Part shown: in pieces, positions 1 to 8,546 of the stretch
Layout: every line of letters begins with the position of its first letter
How positions within the stretch are numbered: the first letter of the stretch is position 1
NCBI GenBank assembly: GCA_003504275.1
Contig: DOAO01000007.1
Span: 75,535-139,534 of the forward strand
Direction: 5' to 3'
Source: Patescibacteria group bacterium
Lineage (GTDB): Bacteria > Patescibacteriota > Minisyncoccia > Phycocordibacterales > UBA12445
Length of the DNA: 64,000 nucleotides
Translations under genes and position numbers: made by a program
The notes under the pieces: model-generated
The model's database searches: none
What the model saw: the letters and a program-made list of their open reading frames with translations, nothing else
Told to the model about the DNA's origin: nothing

Positions 1-453
1 AGACTCCTCAGAAACAAGAGTTTCTATATTTATGGAGATGGAAAACAGGAGAGAGCTTTTTCCTATATAGACGACACAATACCACCAATGATAAGAGCCG
101 CCTTTAGTAAAAAGTGCGAAGGGAAAACTATGAACGTCGGAGGAGAAGAAAATATTTCTTTAAACAAACTAGCAAAGGTGCTTTTGGAGGAATATTTTGG
201 AACAAAGAAAATTCCAAAAGAATTTATTCCCATACATCTTCCCGCAAGACCCCAAGAGGTTAAATACGCTTACTCTAATCACGACTTAGCCGGTAAATTA
301 ATGGGATTTAAGCCCAAGACATCGCTAAGCGAAGGACTCAAAGAAATGATAAAATGGGCGAAAGAAATTGGCCCCCAGGATTTTGTTTATTTGGAGGAGC
401 TCGATTTGGAGAACGATCTTGTGCCAAAGACCTGGAAAAATAAGCTTTTGTAA
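1..453 (+). CDS. NAD-dependent epimerase/dehydratase family protein, C-terminal part (5' end lies outside the window)
   Basis: Frame is open from base 1 with no stop until 451-453. C-terminal region looks like the SDR-type sugar epimerase family (YGDGKQERAFSYIDD...). Confidence 0.55.
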   Translation, partial: RLLRNKSFYIYGDGKQERAFSYIDDTIPPMIRAAFSKKCEGKTMNVGGEENISLNKLAKVLLEEYFGTKKIPKEFIPIHLPARPQEVKYAYSNHDLAGKLMGFKPKTSLSEGLKEMIKWAKEIGPQDFVYLEELDLENDLVPKTWKNKLL

Positions 454-455
454 AA

Positions 456-1121
456 ATGAATATATATAAAAATATAAAACTAGAAAGTTTCAGCTATGAT
501 TCTTATTGGAATGGAAGAGATTTTAATATTAGAAAGAAGCTTTTTGAAAGAGAAGAGATTTTTTCCGATTGGATAAAAGACAAGAGCAAGGTTCTTGACG
601 TTGCTGTCGGTAACTCATATCTCCCTATTTATCTAAAAGAGAAAAAGGGTTGCGATGTTACTGTTTATGATTTGGCGCAGAAGGTTATAGATGAATATAA
701 GAAATACGGAATCAGGGCCGAAGGTAAGAGTATATACGATACAGCTAATGAGAGGGGTGAGGTGTATGACTTTATAGTAATGAGTGAAATATTGGAGCAC
801 TTACCCATGCCGGAAGATGTAATCAAGAAAATGTCGGAACGTGCCGAATATCTTGTAATTTCTGTTCCCAATTCCGCTTTTTATCGTTTTAGAATACAGC
901 TTTTATTCGGTAGATTTTTTAAGCAGTGGATACACCACCCGTCTGAACACCTTCGTTTTTGGTCCCACGTTGATTTCTTAGATTGGCTACGTGCACTAGA
1001 GCTTGAAGTTGTAAAAACAGAGGCTTCCAACGGTCTAGATATTGGCCCCCTAAAACTATTCAAATATTTTCCTAATTTATTCGGACATCAAATGTGCTAT
1101 CTTGTTAAAAATAAAAAATGA
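456..1121 (+). CDS. class I SAM-dependent methyltransferase
   Basis: Motif I-like LDVAVGNSY plus the acidic post-motif signature (VMSEILEHLP) typical of Methyltransf_11/23 proteins. Confidence 0.55.
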   Translation: MNIYKNIKLESFSYDSYWNGRDFNIRKKLFEREEIFSDWIKDKSKVLDVAVGNSYLPIYLKEKKGCDVTVYDLAQKVIDEYKKYGIRAEGKSIYDTANERGEVYDFIVMSEILEHLPMPEDVIKKMSERAEYLVISVPNSAFYRFRIQLLFGRFFKQWIHHPSEHLRFWSHVDFLDWLRALELEVVKTEASNGLDIGPLKLFKYFPNLFGHQMCYLVKNKK

Positions 1122-1762
1122 GCATTTTTAAAAAATATTATAATAGAGATAATGCCGAGTACGGCTCAACCTCTTCCAGAATAAGGAAGATACTTTCATT
1201 TTTTGATGGGATAAAAGGCAAGAAAGTTTTGGATGTCGGTTGTGCGGGAGGGCATCTTGGCACAGAGATAAAAAAACTAGGAAATGAGGTTACCGGAATA
1301 GACATTTCAGATGTTTTGATTAAGGAGGCTGAAAAAGTTTTAGATAAGGCTATCGTCGTAGACGTACAAGAAGAAAATATTCCCTTCAACGAAGGGTATT
1401 TTGATATTGTTATTTTGTCGGAAGTAATAGAGCACCTCTTCTTTCCGGAGATTACTCTTGAAAAAATTAAAAATGTCTTGAAAAAAGACGGAAGGCTCAT
1501 TATTACCACTCCGAACTTACTGGTTTTTTCCAATAGAGTTAGAATATTTTTCGGAAATTTTGAATATACAGAGAAAGGGATTATTATTCCGGAACACATT
1601 CGTTTCTTTACGCATGATTCGCTGATTAAATTTTTAAACAAAAACGGTTTTGAAGTAGTGAGAGAAAATAATATTATTCATCCAAAAATACCAGAATTTT
1701 TGGGCAAGTTATTTCCAAATTTATTCACATACCAGATGGTTATTGAATTTAAATTTAAATAG
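1118..1762 (+). CDS. class I SAM-dependent methyltransferase
   Basis: VLDVGCAGGHLG (GxGxG motif I), D-I-S motif II, ILSEVIEHLFFPE. Overlaps the previous gene by 4 nt (operon). Confidence 0.65.
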   Translation: MSIFKKYYNRDNAEYGSTSSRIRKILSFFDGIKGKKVLDVGCAGGHLGTEIKKLGNEVTGIDISDVLIKEAEKVLDKAIVVDVQEENIPFNEGYFDIVILSEVIEHLFFPEITLEKIKNVLKKDGRLIITTPNLLVFSNRVRIFFGNFEYTEKGIIIPEHIRFFTHDSLIKFLNKNGFEVVRENNIIHPKIPEFLGKLFPNLFTYQMVIEFKFK

Positions 1763-1787
1763 CTATTAAGAATTATAATCTAAGGTA

Positions 1788-2765
1788 ATGTTAAAAATAG
1801 CGGTTATAAATCCTGGTATAGCAGACGGTTTGGCGAGGACCATACTTGATGGGCTCGTTTCTCTTACAAAAAGAGATTCTTCGGTGTCTTTTAAATATGC
1901 CAATACTTTTCCTTACGCCATAGAAGGTCTCGAGGAGAATCAAAGTAAAGACAAAAAAGATTTTATTGATTTTGCAAAAGAGGCTAATCTTATATTTTTT
2001 ATTTGGGCAAAAAGGGATATGGATATCGGTTTGGCAAATGAAATCGGTCTCTGGGATAAAACTATTTTTATAGACGGTTCTGAAATAGGTAAAAACGGAA
2101 GATATAATTTTGAAATTCAGCACAAGATAATAAAGGGAGAGTATTCTGGGAGCGGAAAAATTGACACAGAAATGCTCCATAAATGCCCACTTTATTTTAG
2201 AAGAGAAAAACCCTATAAGGATGGAATTGTTCCTTTTCCGTTTGGAATAGAGAGTCTTTATGTTAAAGATTTTTCTTTAAATACCCCCAAAGATATAGAT
2301 TTCTTTTGTGTTTTTGGACAAGATGAATATCCTTTAATGAGAAGATATTCCAGAGAAATTTTGATTGATTTCTGTAAGAAGAACGGATTTACATGTTTTA
2401 CAGAAAAAACAGATAGAGATAATTTTTATAGAACCCTTGCAAGATCAAAAGTCGGCATTTCTGTTGGTGGGGGAGGATATGACTGCATGCGTTTTTGGGA
2501 GATATTGGGTAATAATTGTCTGATGCTGACCGAAAAAATAGATATTTATGAACCTGATTCAAAAAAGCTTAAATATGATAGGATTTGGCAGTTCAACGAT
2601 CTTTTTGATTTTGAATATCAGTTAGAAAAAATGGGAGAATATTTGAGAAAAGAATACGACCAGTCTAAGTTAAAAGAAGAATATAGAAAGGTAATGTCTG
2701 AGCATTCATCCGAAGCCAGAGTTTTGGAGATTATTGAAAAGGCAAAAGAAATAAAATTATTATAA
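1788..2765 (+). CDS. putative glycosyltransferase (GT-B C-terminal-domain-like)
   Basis: C-terminal region (GISVGGGGYDCMRFWEILGNNCLML) looks like the Glyco_trans_1_2 type fold. Context is a glycosyltransferase operon. Confidence 0.35.
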   Translation: MLKIAVINPGIADGLARTILDGLVSLTKRDSSVSFKYANTFPYAIEGLEENQSKDKKDFIDFAKEANLIFFIWAKRDMDIGLANEIGLWDKTIFIDGSEIGKNGRYNFEIQHKIIKGEYSGSGKIDTEMLHKCPLYFRREKPYKDGIVPFPFGIESLYVKDFSLNTPKDIDFFCVFGQDEYPLMRRYSREILIDFCKKNGFTCFTEKTDRDNFYRTLARSKVGISVGGGGYDCMRFWEILGNNCLMLTEKIDIYEPDSKKLKYDRIWQFNDLFDFEYQLEKMGEYLRKEYDQSKLKEEYRKVMSEHSSEARVLEIIEKAKEIKLL

Positions 2766-2770
2766 TTTCA

Positions 2771-4480
2771 ATGAAGGAAGATAACCTTAAAAATGAATGT
2801 TCTGTTGTAGTCTCATCTTGCGACGCTTTTTCAGATGTTTGGGAGGCATTTTTTACATTATTTTTTAAATATTGGCCTGATTGTCCATTCCCCATTTATC
2901 TTATAAGCGAAACAAAGAAATATCCCGATAACAGGGTAACAACATTAAACATCGGAGAAGATAAAAAATGGGCCACTAACATTAAGAACGCCTTAAAAAG
3001 AGTTAATACTAAAAATATAATTTATTTACAGGAAGATTATTTGCTTGAAAGTAAAGTCAACACAGAAAAAATTATAAATTTGATTAAAATTTTGAGCGAT
3101 AGTGGTGCTGCTTATTTAAAACTCTGTCCATCTCCCGCACCCTATAGAAAGTTCGGCGAATATAAAGATATTGGTGAAATAAAAAAGGGTAGCAATTACA
3201 GCATTTCTTTGCAGGCTGCGATATGGAATAAAAAAATAATGGAGGGTTTGTTGATAGATGGAGAAAGCGGATGGGATATGGAGTTTAAAGGTAGCATTAG
3301 GACCGCGGATATCAAGGAGCCACTTCTTAGCGTTTATAGCAGTGTTTTGAATTATTTTTATGCAACTGCGATAAAGAAAGGGGTATGGTTTTATGATGCA
3401 ATAAAATTATGTGAGAAAGAGGGAATAAAAATAGATAAAACAAAAAGAAGAATTGAAACATTTAATCACTATGTTTTAAGAGTGACAAAATTTTTACACC
3501 TAAAGAATATATTAAAAATTTTCTTATTTAAGGTAAAGAGAAAGATGATTTTAATTAGCAGATTTTCATTCAATTTATATTTATTTTTCAAAAAAAGTAA
3601 ACAAATTAGCGATTTTTATGTAACAAGAAAGACTTTTTTTGAAAATTATGACCTTATAAACAAACAAGATATTTCAAAATTTATAACTCCCCATTGGCAC
3701 GATTTAAATAAAAAATATGAAAATTATCTAAGAATAAAAAACGTACCGGTAAATTTCTTAAGAGACAGGGTAATCGGATACACAATGTTTGTTTCTTCTG
3801 GTGGCGGTGCCATGAAGGCCGAATTAGATTTTTTAGAAAATAAATATTCTAAAGGAGATTTAGGTAAATATTTAGAAGAAGAAGCCGTCGGTTTCCCTAT
3901 AATATTGAGCAGGAAATATCTCTCCTCTCACAATAGTATCCGTCACCTATACCACATAAGTCGCTTTATTTTTAGGACCAATGTGGAAATAAATTCCATA
4001 AAGACGGTTGTTGAGTGGGGAGGAGGATATGGTAATTTTGCTAAAATATTTTTAAGACTTCAGGACAGTCCCCAAAAAACAACTTATGTGATAATAGACA
4101 CCCCACTATTTAGCTGTATTCAGTGGTTATATTTGTCCGTTGTTCTTGGCAAAGATAAGGTTAATTTTGTTAGAAGAGAAAATGATAAGATTGTCTCCGA
4201 AAAGATAAACATCATTCCCCTTGGTTTTGTTGAGAAGGTTAATCTTAAGCCGGATTTATTTGTTTCTACTTGGGCGCTAAGTGAAAGTTCGCCATTCTCT
4301 CAAGATTTTGTTTTAAACAAAAACTTTTTTGGAGCTAAGCATCTTTTGATTGGTTATCAGGAAAGTAACCCATCGCTACCTGATGCGGATAGAATAAATT
4401 TAATCGTTGATGAAAAGAGGAAAGATACAATAAAAGAGATAATAGATTTTATCCCGGGGAATTATTATGTATTTAAATAA
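2771..4480 (+). CDS. hypothetical two-domain protein: N-terminal GT-like domain, C-terminal putative sugar O-methyltransferase-like domain
   Basis: Continuous 569-aa ORF. The N-terminal ~230 aa are W/F-rich and GT-like. A low-complexity AT-rich linker follows. The C-terminus carries VVEWGGGYGNFAKIF (GxGxG SAM-binding-like). Confidence 0.35.
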   Translation: MKEDNLKNECSVVVSSCDAFSDVWEAFFTLFFKYWPDCPFPIYLISETKKYPDNRVTTLNIGEDKKWATNIKNALKRVNTKNIIYLQEDYLLESKVNTEKIINLIKILSDSGAAYLKLCPSPAPYRKFGEYKDIGEIKKGSNYSISLQAAIWNKKIMEGLLIDGESGWDMEFKGSIRTADIKEPLLSVYSSVLNYFYATAIKKGVWFYDAIKLCEKEGIKIDKTKRRIETFNHYVLRVTKFLHLKNILKIFLFKVKRKMILISRFSFNLYLFFKKSKQISDFYVTRKTFFENYDLINKQDISKFITPHWHDLNKKYENYLRIKNVPVNFLRDRVIGYTMFVSSGGGAMKAELDFLENKYSKGDLGKYLEEEAVGFPIILSRKYLSSHNSIRHLYHISRFIFRTNVEINSIKTVVEWGGGYGNFAKIFLRLQDSPQKTTYVIIDTPLFSCIQWLYLSVVLGKDKVNFVRRENDKIVSEKINIIPLGFVEKVNLKPDLFVSTWALSESSPFSQDFVLNKNFFGAKHLLIGYQESNPSLPDADRINLIVDEKRKDTIKEIIDFIPGNYYVFK

Positions 4481-4482
4481 GT

Positions 4483-5196
4483 ATGAAATTAATTAAAGAA
4501 ATAAAAAAATACCTAAGACCAGTTAAGAAATTATTTAGCACAGAGTACAAAAAGACTTATTCTCAAGCAGGAGAGGATATTATTGTTTCGGGCGCGTTAA
4601 AGGCCATGAAGATAGATAATGTTAGATATTTGGACATTGGAGCCCACCATCCTTCTTATTTGAGCAATACATATCTTTTTTATAAAAATGGCGGTAGTGG
4701 GGTTTGTATTGAGCCCGATCCATACTTGTTTAAAAATATACAGAAAAAAAGACCCAAAGATATTTGTCTTAATATTGGGATAGGAGTAAATACAGAGAGT
4801 GAGGCTGACTTTTATATTATGTCGGCAAGGACCTTAAATACTTTTTCAAAAAGTGAAGCTGAAAAAGTAAGTAGGGAAACTAAATATAAAATAGAATCTA
4901 AAATAAAAGTACCATTAAAACCTGTAAATGAGATAATTGGAGAATATTTTGAAACAACTCCCAATTTTATATCTTTAGACGTAGAGGGATTAGATATGGA
5001 AATATTAAAGTCTTTTGATTTTAATAAATACAGACCAGAAGTATTTTGTGTTGAAACAATAACTTTTACCGATGATAACTCGGGGGAGAAGGAGCAGGAT
5101 ATCATTGATTTTATGATACTTAAGGGTTATTTTGTTTTTGCCGATACACATATAAACACAATCTTTGTAGATAAAGATAAATGGATAAAGAAATAA
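4483..5196 (+). CDS. FkbM-family methyltransferase
   Basis: YLDIGAHHPSYLSNTYLFYKNGGSGVCIEPDP is characteristic of the FkbM methyltransferase domain. Confidence 0.55.
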   Translation: MKLIKEIKKYLRPVKKLFSTEYKKTYSQAGEDIIVSGALKAMKIDNVRYLDIGAHHPSYLSNTYLFYKNGGSGVCIEPDPYLFKNIQKKRPKDICLNIGIGVNTESEADFYIMSARTLNTFSKSEAEKVSRETKYKIESKIKVPLKPVNEIIGEYFETTPNFISLDVEGLDMEILKSFDFNKYRPEVFCVETITFTDDNSGEKEQDIIDFMILKGYFVFADTHINTIFVDKDKWIKK

Positions 5197-5855
5197 ATCA
5201 GAGATTTATAAATGTTAAGAATTCAAAGACCTTTAATAGGATTATCCGTCTTTTGGGACTTAATAATAAAAAAGTTTTTGATGTTGGGTGTGGATTCGGG
5301 GAGTATTTAGCTCTTTTTGGCAAGGGCAGTTTTGGTATTACATCTACAGAAGAAGAAGTGTTTGTTGCAAGGGAAAGGGGGCTTGATGTTTTTAAAACGA
5401 ATGCTGAGTTGATAAGCAGAGATAGCATAAAAAATGATTTTGGAGTCATTTGGGCTAATAATCTTTTTGAGCACCTTTTGTCTCCTCACTATTTTTTAAT
5501 GAGATTGAGATCTATTTCTGACAATGGTGCTATTTTGGTTTTAGGCGTTCCCGTTATACCGAAATTTGTTTCACTTCTAAGGTTGTCTCACTTTGGAGGT
5601 TCACTTGCGAGTAATCATATAAATTTTTTTACAAAGGAAACATTAAGACTAACAGTAGAGAGGTCTGGCTGGAGGGTAATAGAAGCGAGACCATATTTAA
5701 GCAAATTTAGAATATTTGATAGTATATTAAGTTTTTTTTCTCCTCATATTTATATTATTGCCAAGAAGGACCCTTTATTTAATTATCCCGAAAAGAAAGT
5801 ATTAGAGTGGGAAGGGGAAAGTTATTACGAAAATATTTTAGGGATGACAAAATAG
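5181..5855 (+). CDS. class I SAM-dependent methyltransferase
   Basis: VFDVGCGFGEYLALFG motif I. Overlaps the upstream gene. Confidence 0.5.
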   Translation: MDKEINQRFINVKNSKTFNRIIRLLGLNNKKVFDVGCGFGEYLALFGKGSFGITSTEEEVFVARERGLDVFKTNAELISRDSIKNDFGVIWANNLFEHLLSPHYFLMRLRSISDNGAILVLGVPVIPKFVSLLRLSHFGGSLASNHINFFTKETLRLTVERSGWRVIEARPYLSKFRIFDSILSFFSPHIYIIAKKDPLFNYPEKKVLEWEGESYYENILGMTK

Positions 5856-5857
5856 AA

Positions 5858-6979
5858 ATGAAAATATTGTATTTAGAAAACATAAGAATGCCGACAGACC
5901 GTGCACACGGTATTCAAATAATGAAGACCTGCGAAGCTCTTTCAAGGCTCGGTGTAGAAGTTGAATTGGTGGTTCCGACAAGAGAAAATAATATCAAAAA
6001 AGACCCCTTTCTTTACTACAAAGTAGAAAATAATTTTACTATCAAAAAAATATATTCGCCCGATCTTGTGAGATTCGGTAAAACTGGAGGAATTGTGCAA
6101 TATATATTTTTTTCTTTTGCCTCTCTTTTTTATGCTTTAAACCAAAAGGCTGACATTTTTTATTCCAGAGATGAATTACCTATTTGGTTTTTGGGCTTCT
6201 TTAATAAAAAAGTTTTTTGGGAAGTTCATAACGGTAAATGGAATTTTCTTGTTTCAAGTCTTATGAAGAGGTGTGCTGGGGTGGTTGCAATATCGGGTGG
6301 CATAAAGAATTTTTTTAAAGATAAAGGTGTTCTTGAGGAAAAAATAATAGTAGCGCCAGATGCAGTAGATATTGATGATTTTTATTTGAATATAAAAAAA
6401 GAGGAAGCGAGAGACAGGGTTAAGCTTCCTAAAAACAAGAAGATTGTTATGTATACGGGACATCTTTTTGAATGGAAGGGAGCTGATACAATCGGCCAGG
6501 TTGCCAAAAATTTTAGCAACGATTATCTTTTCGTTTTTGTTGGCGGAACAGAAAAACATATAGAAGATTTTAAAAAGAGACATCTTTTTGATAATAAAAT
6601 ATTAATGGTTGGTCAGAAGTCTCACGAGGAAATACCTCTTTATCTGAAGAGTGCAGATGTGCTAGTTATTCCCAATAGCGCGAAGGAAGATGTCTCGCGA
6701 TTATATACATCGCCGATGAAGCTTTTTGAGTATATGGCGAGCGGGACCCCAATCATTGCCTCAGACCTGCCTTCCATAAGGGAGATACTGGATGATGACG
6801 GCGCTGTTTTCTTTAAGTCAGATGATTCCGAGAGCCTAACTAAAGCGATTAAAAAAGTCTTTGATAATCAGACCTTGGCTGATAAAATGGCCAGTATCTC
6901 AAGGGAAAATTCCAAGAATTACTCTTGGGACAAAAGAGCTGAAAAAATAAACTCTTTTTTGTTAAAAAATGGAATTTAA
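5858..6979 (+). CDS. glycosyltransferase family 4 (GT-B)
   Basis: C-terminal EX7E-like region PMKLFEYMASGTPIIASDLPSIREIL. Start moved to the ATG at 5858 (MKILYLEN), immediately after the upstream stop, rather than the ORF-track start at 5807, which overlaps the previous gene. Confidence 0.7.
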   Translation: MKILYLENIRMPTDRAHGIQIMKTCEALSRLGVEVELVVPTRENNIKKDPFLYYKVENNFTIKKIYSPDLVRFGKTGGIVQYIFFSFASLFYALNQKADIFYSRDELPIWFLGFFNKKVFWEVHNGKWNFLVSSLMKRCAGVVAISGGIKNFFKDKGVLEEKIIVAPDAVDIDDFYLNIKKEEARDRVKLPKNKKIVMYTGHLFEWKGADTIGQVAKNFSNDYLFVFVGGTEKHIEDFKKRHLFDNKILMVGQKSHEEIPLYLKSADVLVIPNSAKEDVSRLYTSPMKLFEYMASGTPIIASDLPSIREILDDDGAVFFKSDDSESLTKAIKKVFDNQTLADKMASISRENSKNYSWDKRAEKINSFLLKNGI

Positions 6980-7397
6980 AGAAAATATAAATCTAATAAA
7001 CAAGAGGGCTCGTGACCTTTATCAAAATGCCATGTTTATTAAATCTATTTTAGTAGGCTTTGTCGCCCTAGCAGTAGATCTTTCTTTAATATTTATTTTT
7101 ACCGATGTGTTTTTGTGGAATTATTGGATATCTGCAAATATCGCATTCATAATTACTATTTTGGTTAATTTCCTGTTGCAAAAATTTTGGACTTTTGGCG
7201 ATAATGTCGTCCACAGAACGAAGGCTCAACTATTTAAATTTTTTACTCTCTCTTTATTAAATCTTTTTGCAAACAGTATTTTAATGTATGTATTTGTAAG
7301 TTTGTTTGGCATATGGTATTTATTAGCCCAGACGGTTATAACGGCAATACTTTTTTTGTTTAATTTTGTGGTTTATAGATTTTATATATTTGTTTAA
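6969..7397 (+). CDS. GtrA-family membrane protein (polyprenyl-phosphate sugar translocase-like)
   Basis: 142 aa with 4 TM segments. Carries the GtrA signature (NFLLQKFWTF). Confidence 0.6.
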   Translation: MEFKENINLINKRARDLYQNAMFIKSILVGFVALAVDLSLIFIFTDVFLWNYWISANIAFIITILVNFLLQKFWTFGDNVVHRTKAQLFKFFTLSLLNLFANSILMYVFVSLFGIWYLLAQTVITAILFLFNFVVYRFYIFV

Positions 7398-7403
7398 AAT
7401 AAA

Positions 7404-8351
7404 ATGAAAATATCAATTGTTGTTCCTGTGTATAATGAAGCGAAGAGTTTGCCGGAGCTTTTTAATGAGATAAGGGCTATTTTACAAAAAGAAAAAATAG
7501 ACTATGAGATAATCGCAATTAATGACGGCTCTCGGGACAACAGTTGGGATGTTCTCAAAAAACTCGGGAGCGATGACAAGAGAATAAAAGCCCTTAATTT
7601 CAAGTGGAATAATGGTCAGACCGCCGCTATGTCTGCAGGAATAAGAGCATCAACAGGGGATGTTGTGATTCCGATAGATTCAGACCTTGAGAACGATCCT
7701 GCTGATATACCAAAACTTCTAAAGAAAATGGAGGAAGGTTTCACTGTGGTTTCTGGATGGAGAAAGGAAAGATGGAGTGGTTCCGCTTTTAGCAGGAAGA
7801 TTCCGTCGGTTATGGCCAACTGGCTCATTTCAAAAATAACAGGAGTGAAACTCCATGATTATGGTTGTACGCTCAAAGCTTACGATAGGGATATTATTTC
7901 TGAGGTAGAGCTGTATGGGGAGATGCACCGATTTATTCCGGCTTATGCCAAATGGAAGGGTGGGAGAGTGGCAGAAATACCTGTTAACTATAGACCAAGA
8001 AAATATGGCGAAAGCAATTATGGTATTTCAAGAACGTTTAGAGTTCTCTTGGATCTTGTCTTGATAAAATTTCTTGTTAAATATATGAATCGTCCAATGC
8101 ACTTCTTTGGTGGGTTGGGTTTTTTTAGCGTAATTTTAGGATTATTATCCGGAACCTTGGCGTTGGTTTTAAAGTATTCTTATGGAATAAGTTTTATTTC
8201 TACCCCAATGCCGGTCTTAACCACATTCTTTATAATCGTCGGTATTCAGATGGCAGCTATGGGTATATTGGCCGAGATGATAATGCGTACCTACTATGAA
8301 TCTCAAAGTAAAACCCCGTACTCAATAAAAGAGAAGATTAATTTTGATTAA
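7404..8351 (+). CDS. glycosyltransferase family 2 (polyprenyl-phosphate glycosyltransferase, GtrB/DPM-like)
   Basis: MKISIVVPVYNE...INDGSRDNS (GT-A DXD context) and a C-terminal TM pair, as in the dolichol-P-mannose synthase / ArnC / GtrB family. Confidence 0.75.
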   Translation: MKISIVVPVYNEAKSLPELFNEIRAILQKEKIDYEIIAINDGSRDNSWDVLKKLGSDDKRIKALNFKWNNGQTAAMSAGIRASTGDVVIPIDSDLENDPADIPKLLKKMEEGFTVVSGWRKERWSGSAFSRKIPSVMANWLISKITGVKLHDYGCTLKAYDRDIISEVELYGEMHRFIPAYAKWKGGRVAEIPVNYRPRKYGESNYGISRTFRVLLDLVLIKFLVKYMNRPMHFFGGLGFFSVILGLLSGTLALVLKYSYGISFISTPMPVLTTFFIIVGIQMAAMGILAEMIMRTYYESQSKTPYSIKEKINFD

Positions 8352-8376
8352 GTTGCGCTGTCTGCCCCCTGTTCTA

Positions 8377-8515
8377 CTTTGTCATCCGCACGAGTGTTGT
8401 CATCCCAGACTTGATCTGGGATCCACTAGCATTGGTGGTGAAACATGGATCCCAGATCAAGTCTGGGATGACAAAGGTTGTGTGTCATCCTCGCGAATGC
8501 GGGGATCCAGAAAGT
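8377..8515. repeat. nested palindromic intergenic element (MITE/REP-like) carrying GTCATCC...GGGATCCAGAAAG motifs
   Basis: Perfect 26-bp inverted repeat GTCATCCCAGACTTGATCTGGGATCC / GGATCCCAGATCAAGTCTGGGATGAC, each arm itself hairpin-forming. An outer imperfect inverted repeat (TGTCATCCGCACGAG / TCATCCTCGCGAATGCGG) flanks it. Confidence 0.6.
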
Positions 8516-8546
8516 TTTTATTAAAAAATCATAGAATAGTAAGAAC

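Noticed and set aside
5807-5857. Longer N-terminal start for the GT4 gene
   Set aside because: The extension overlaps the upstream methyltransferase gene. The ATG at 5858 directly follows the upstream stop and gives a typical GT4 N-terminus (MKILYLEN).
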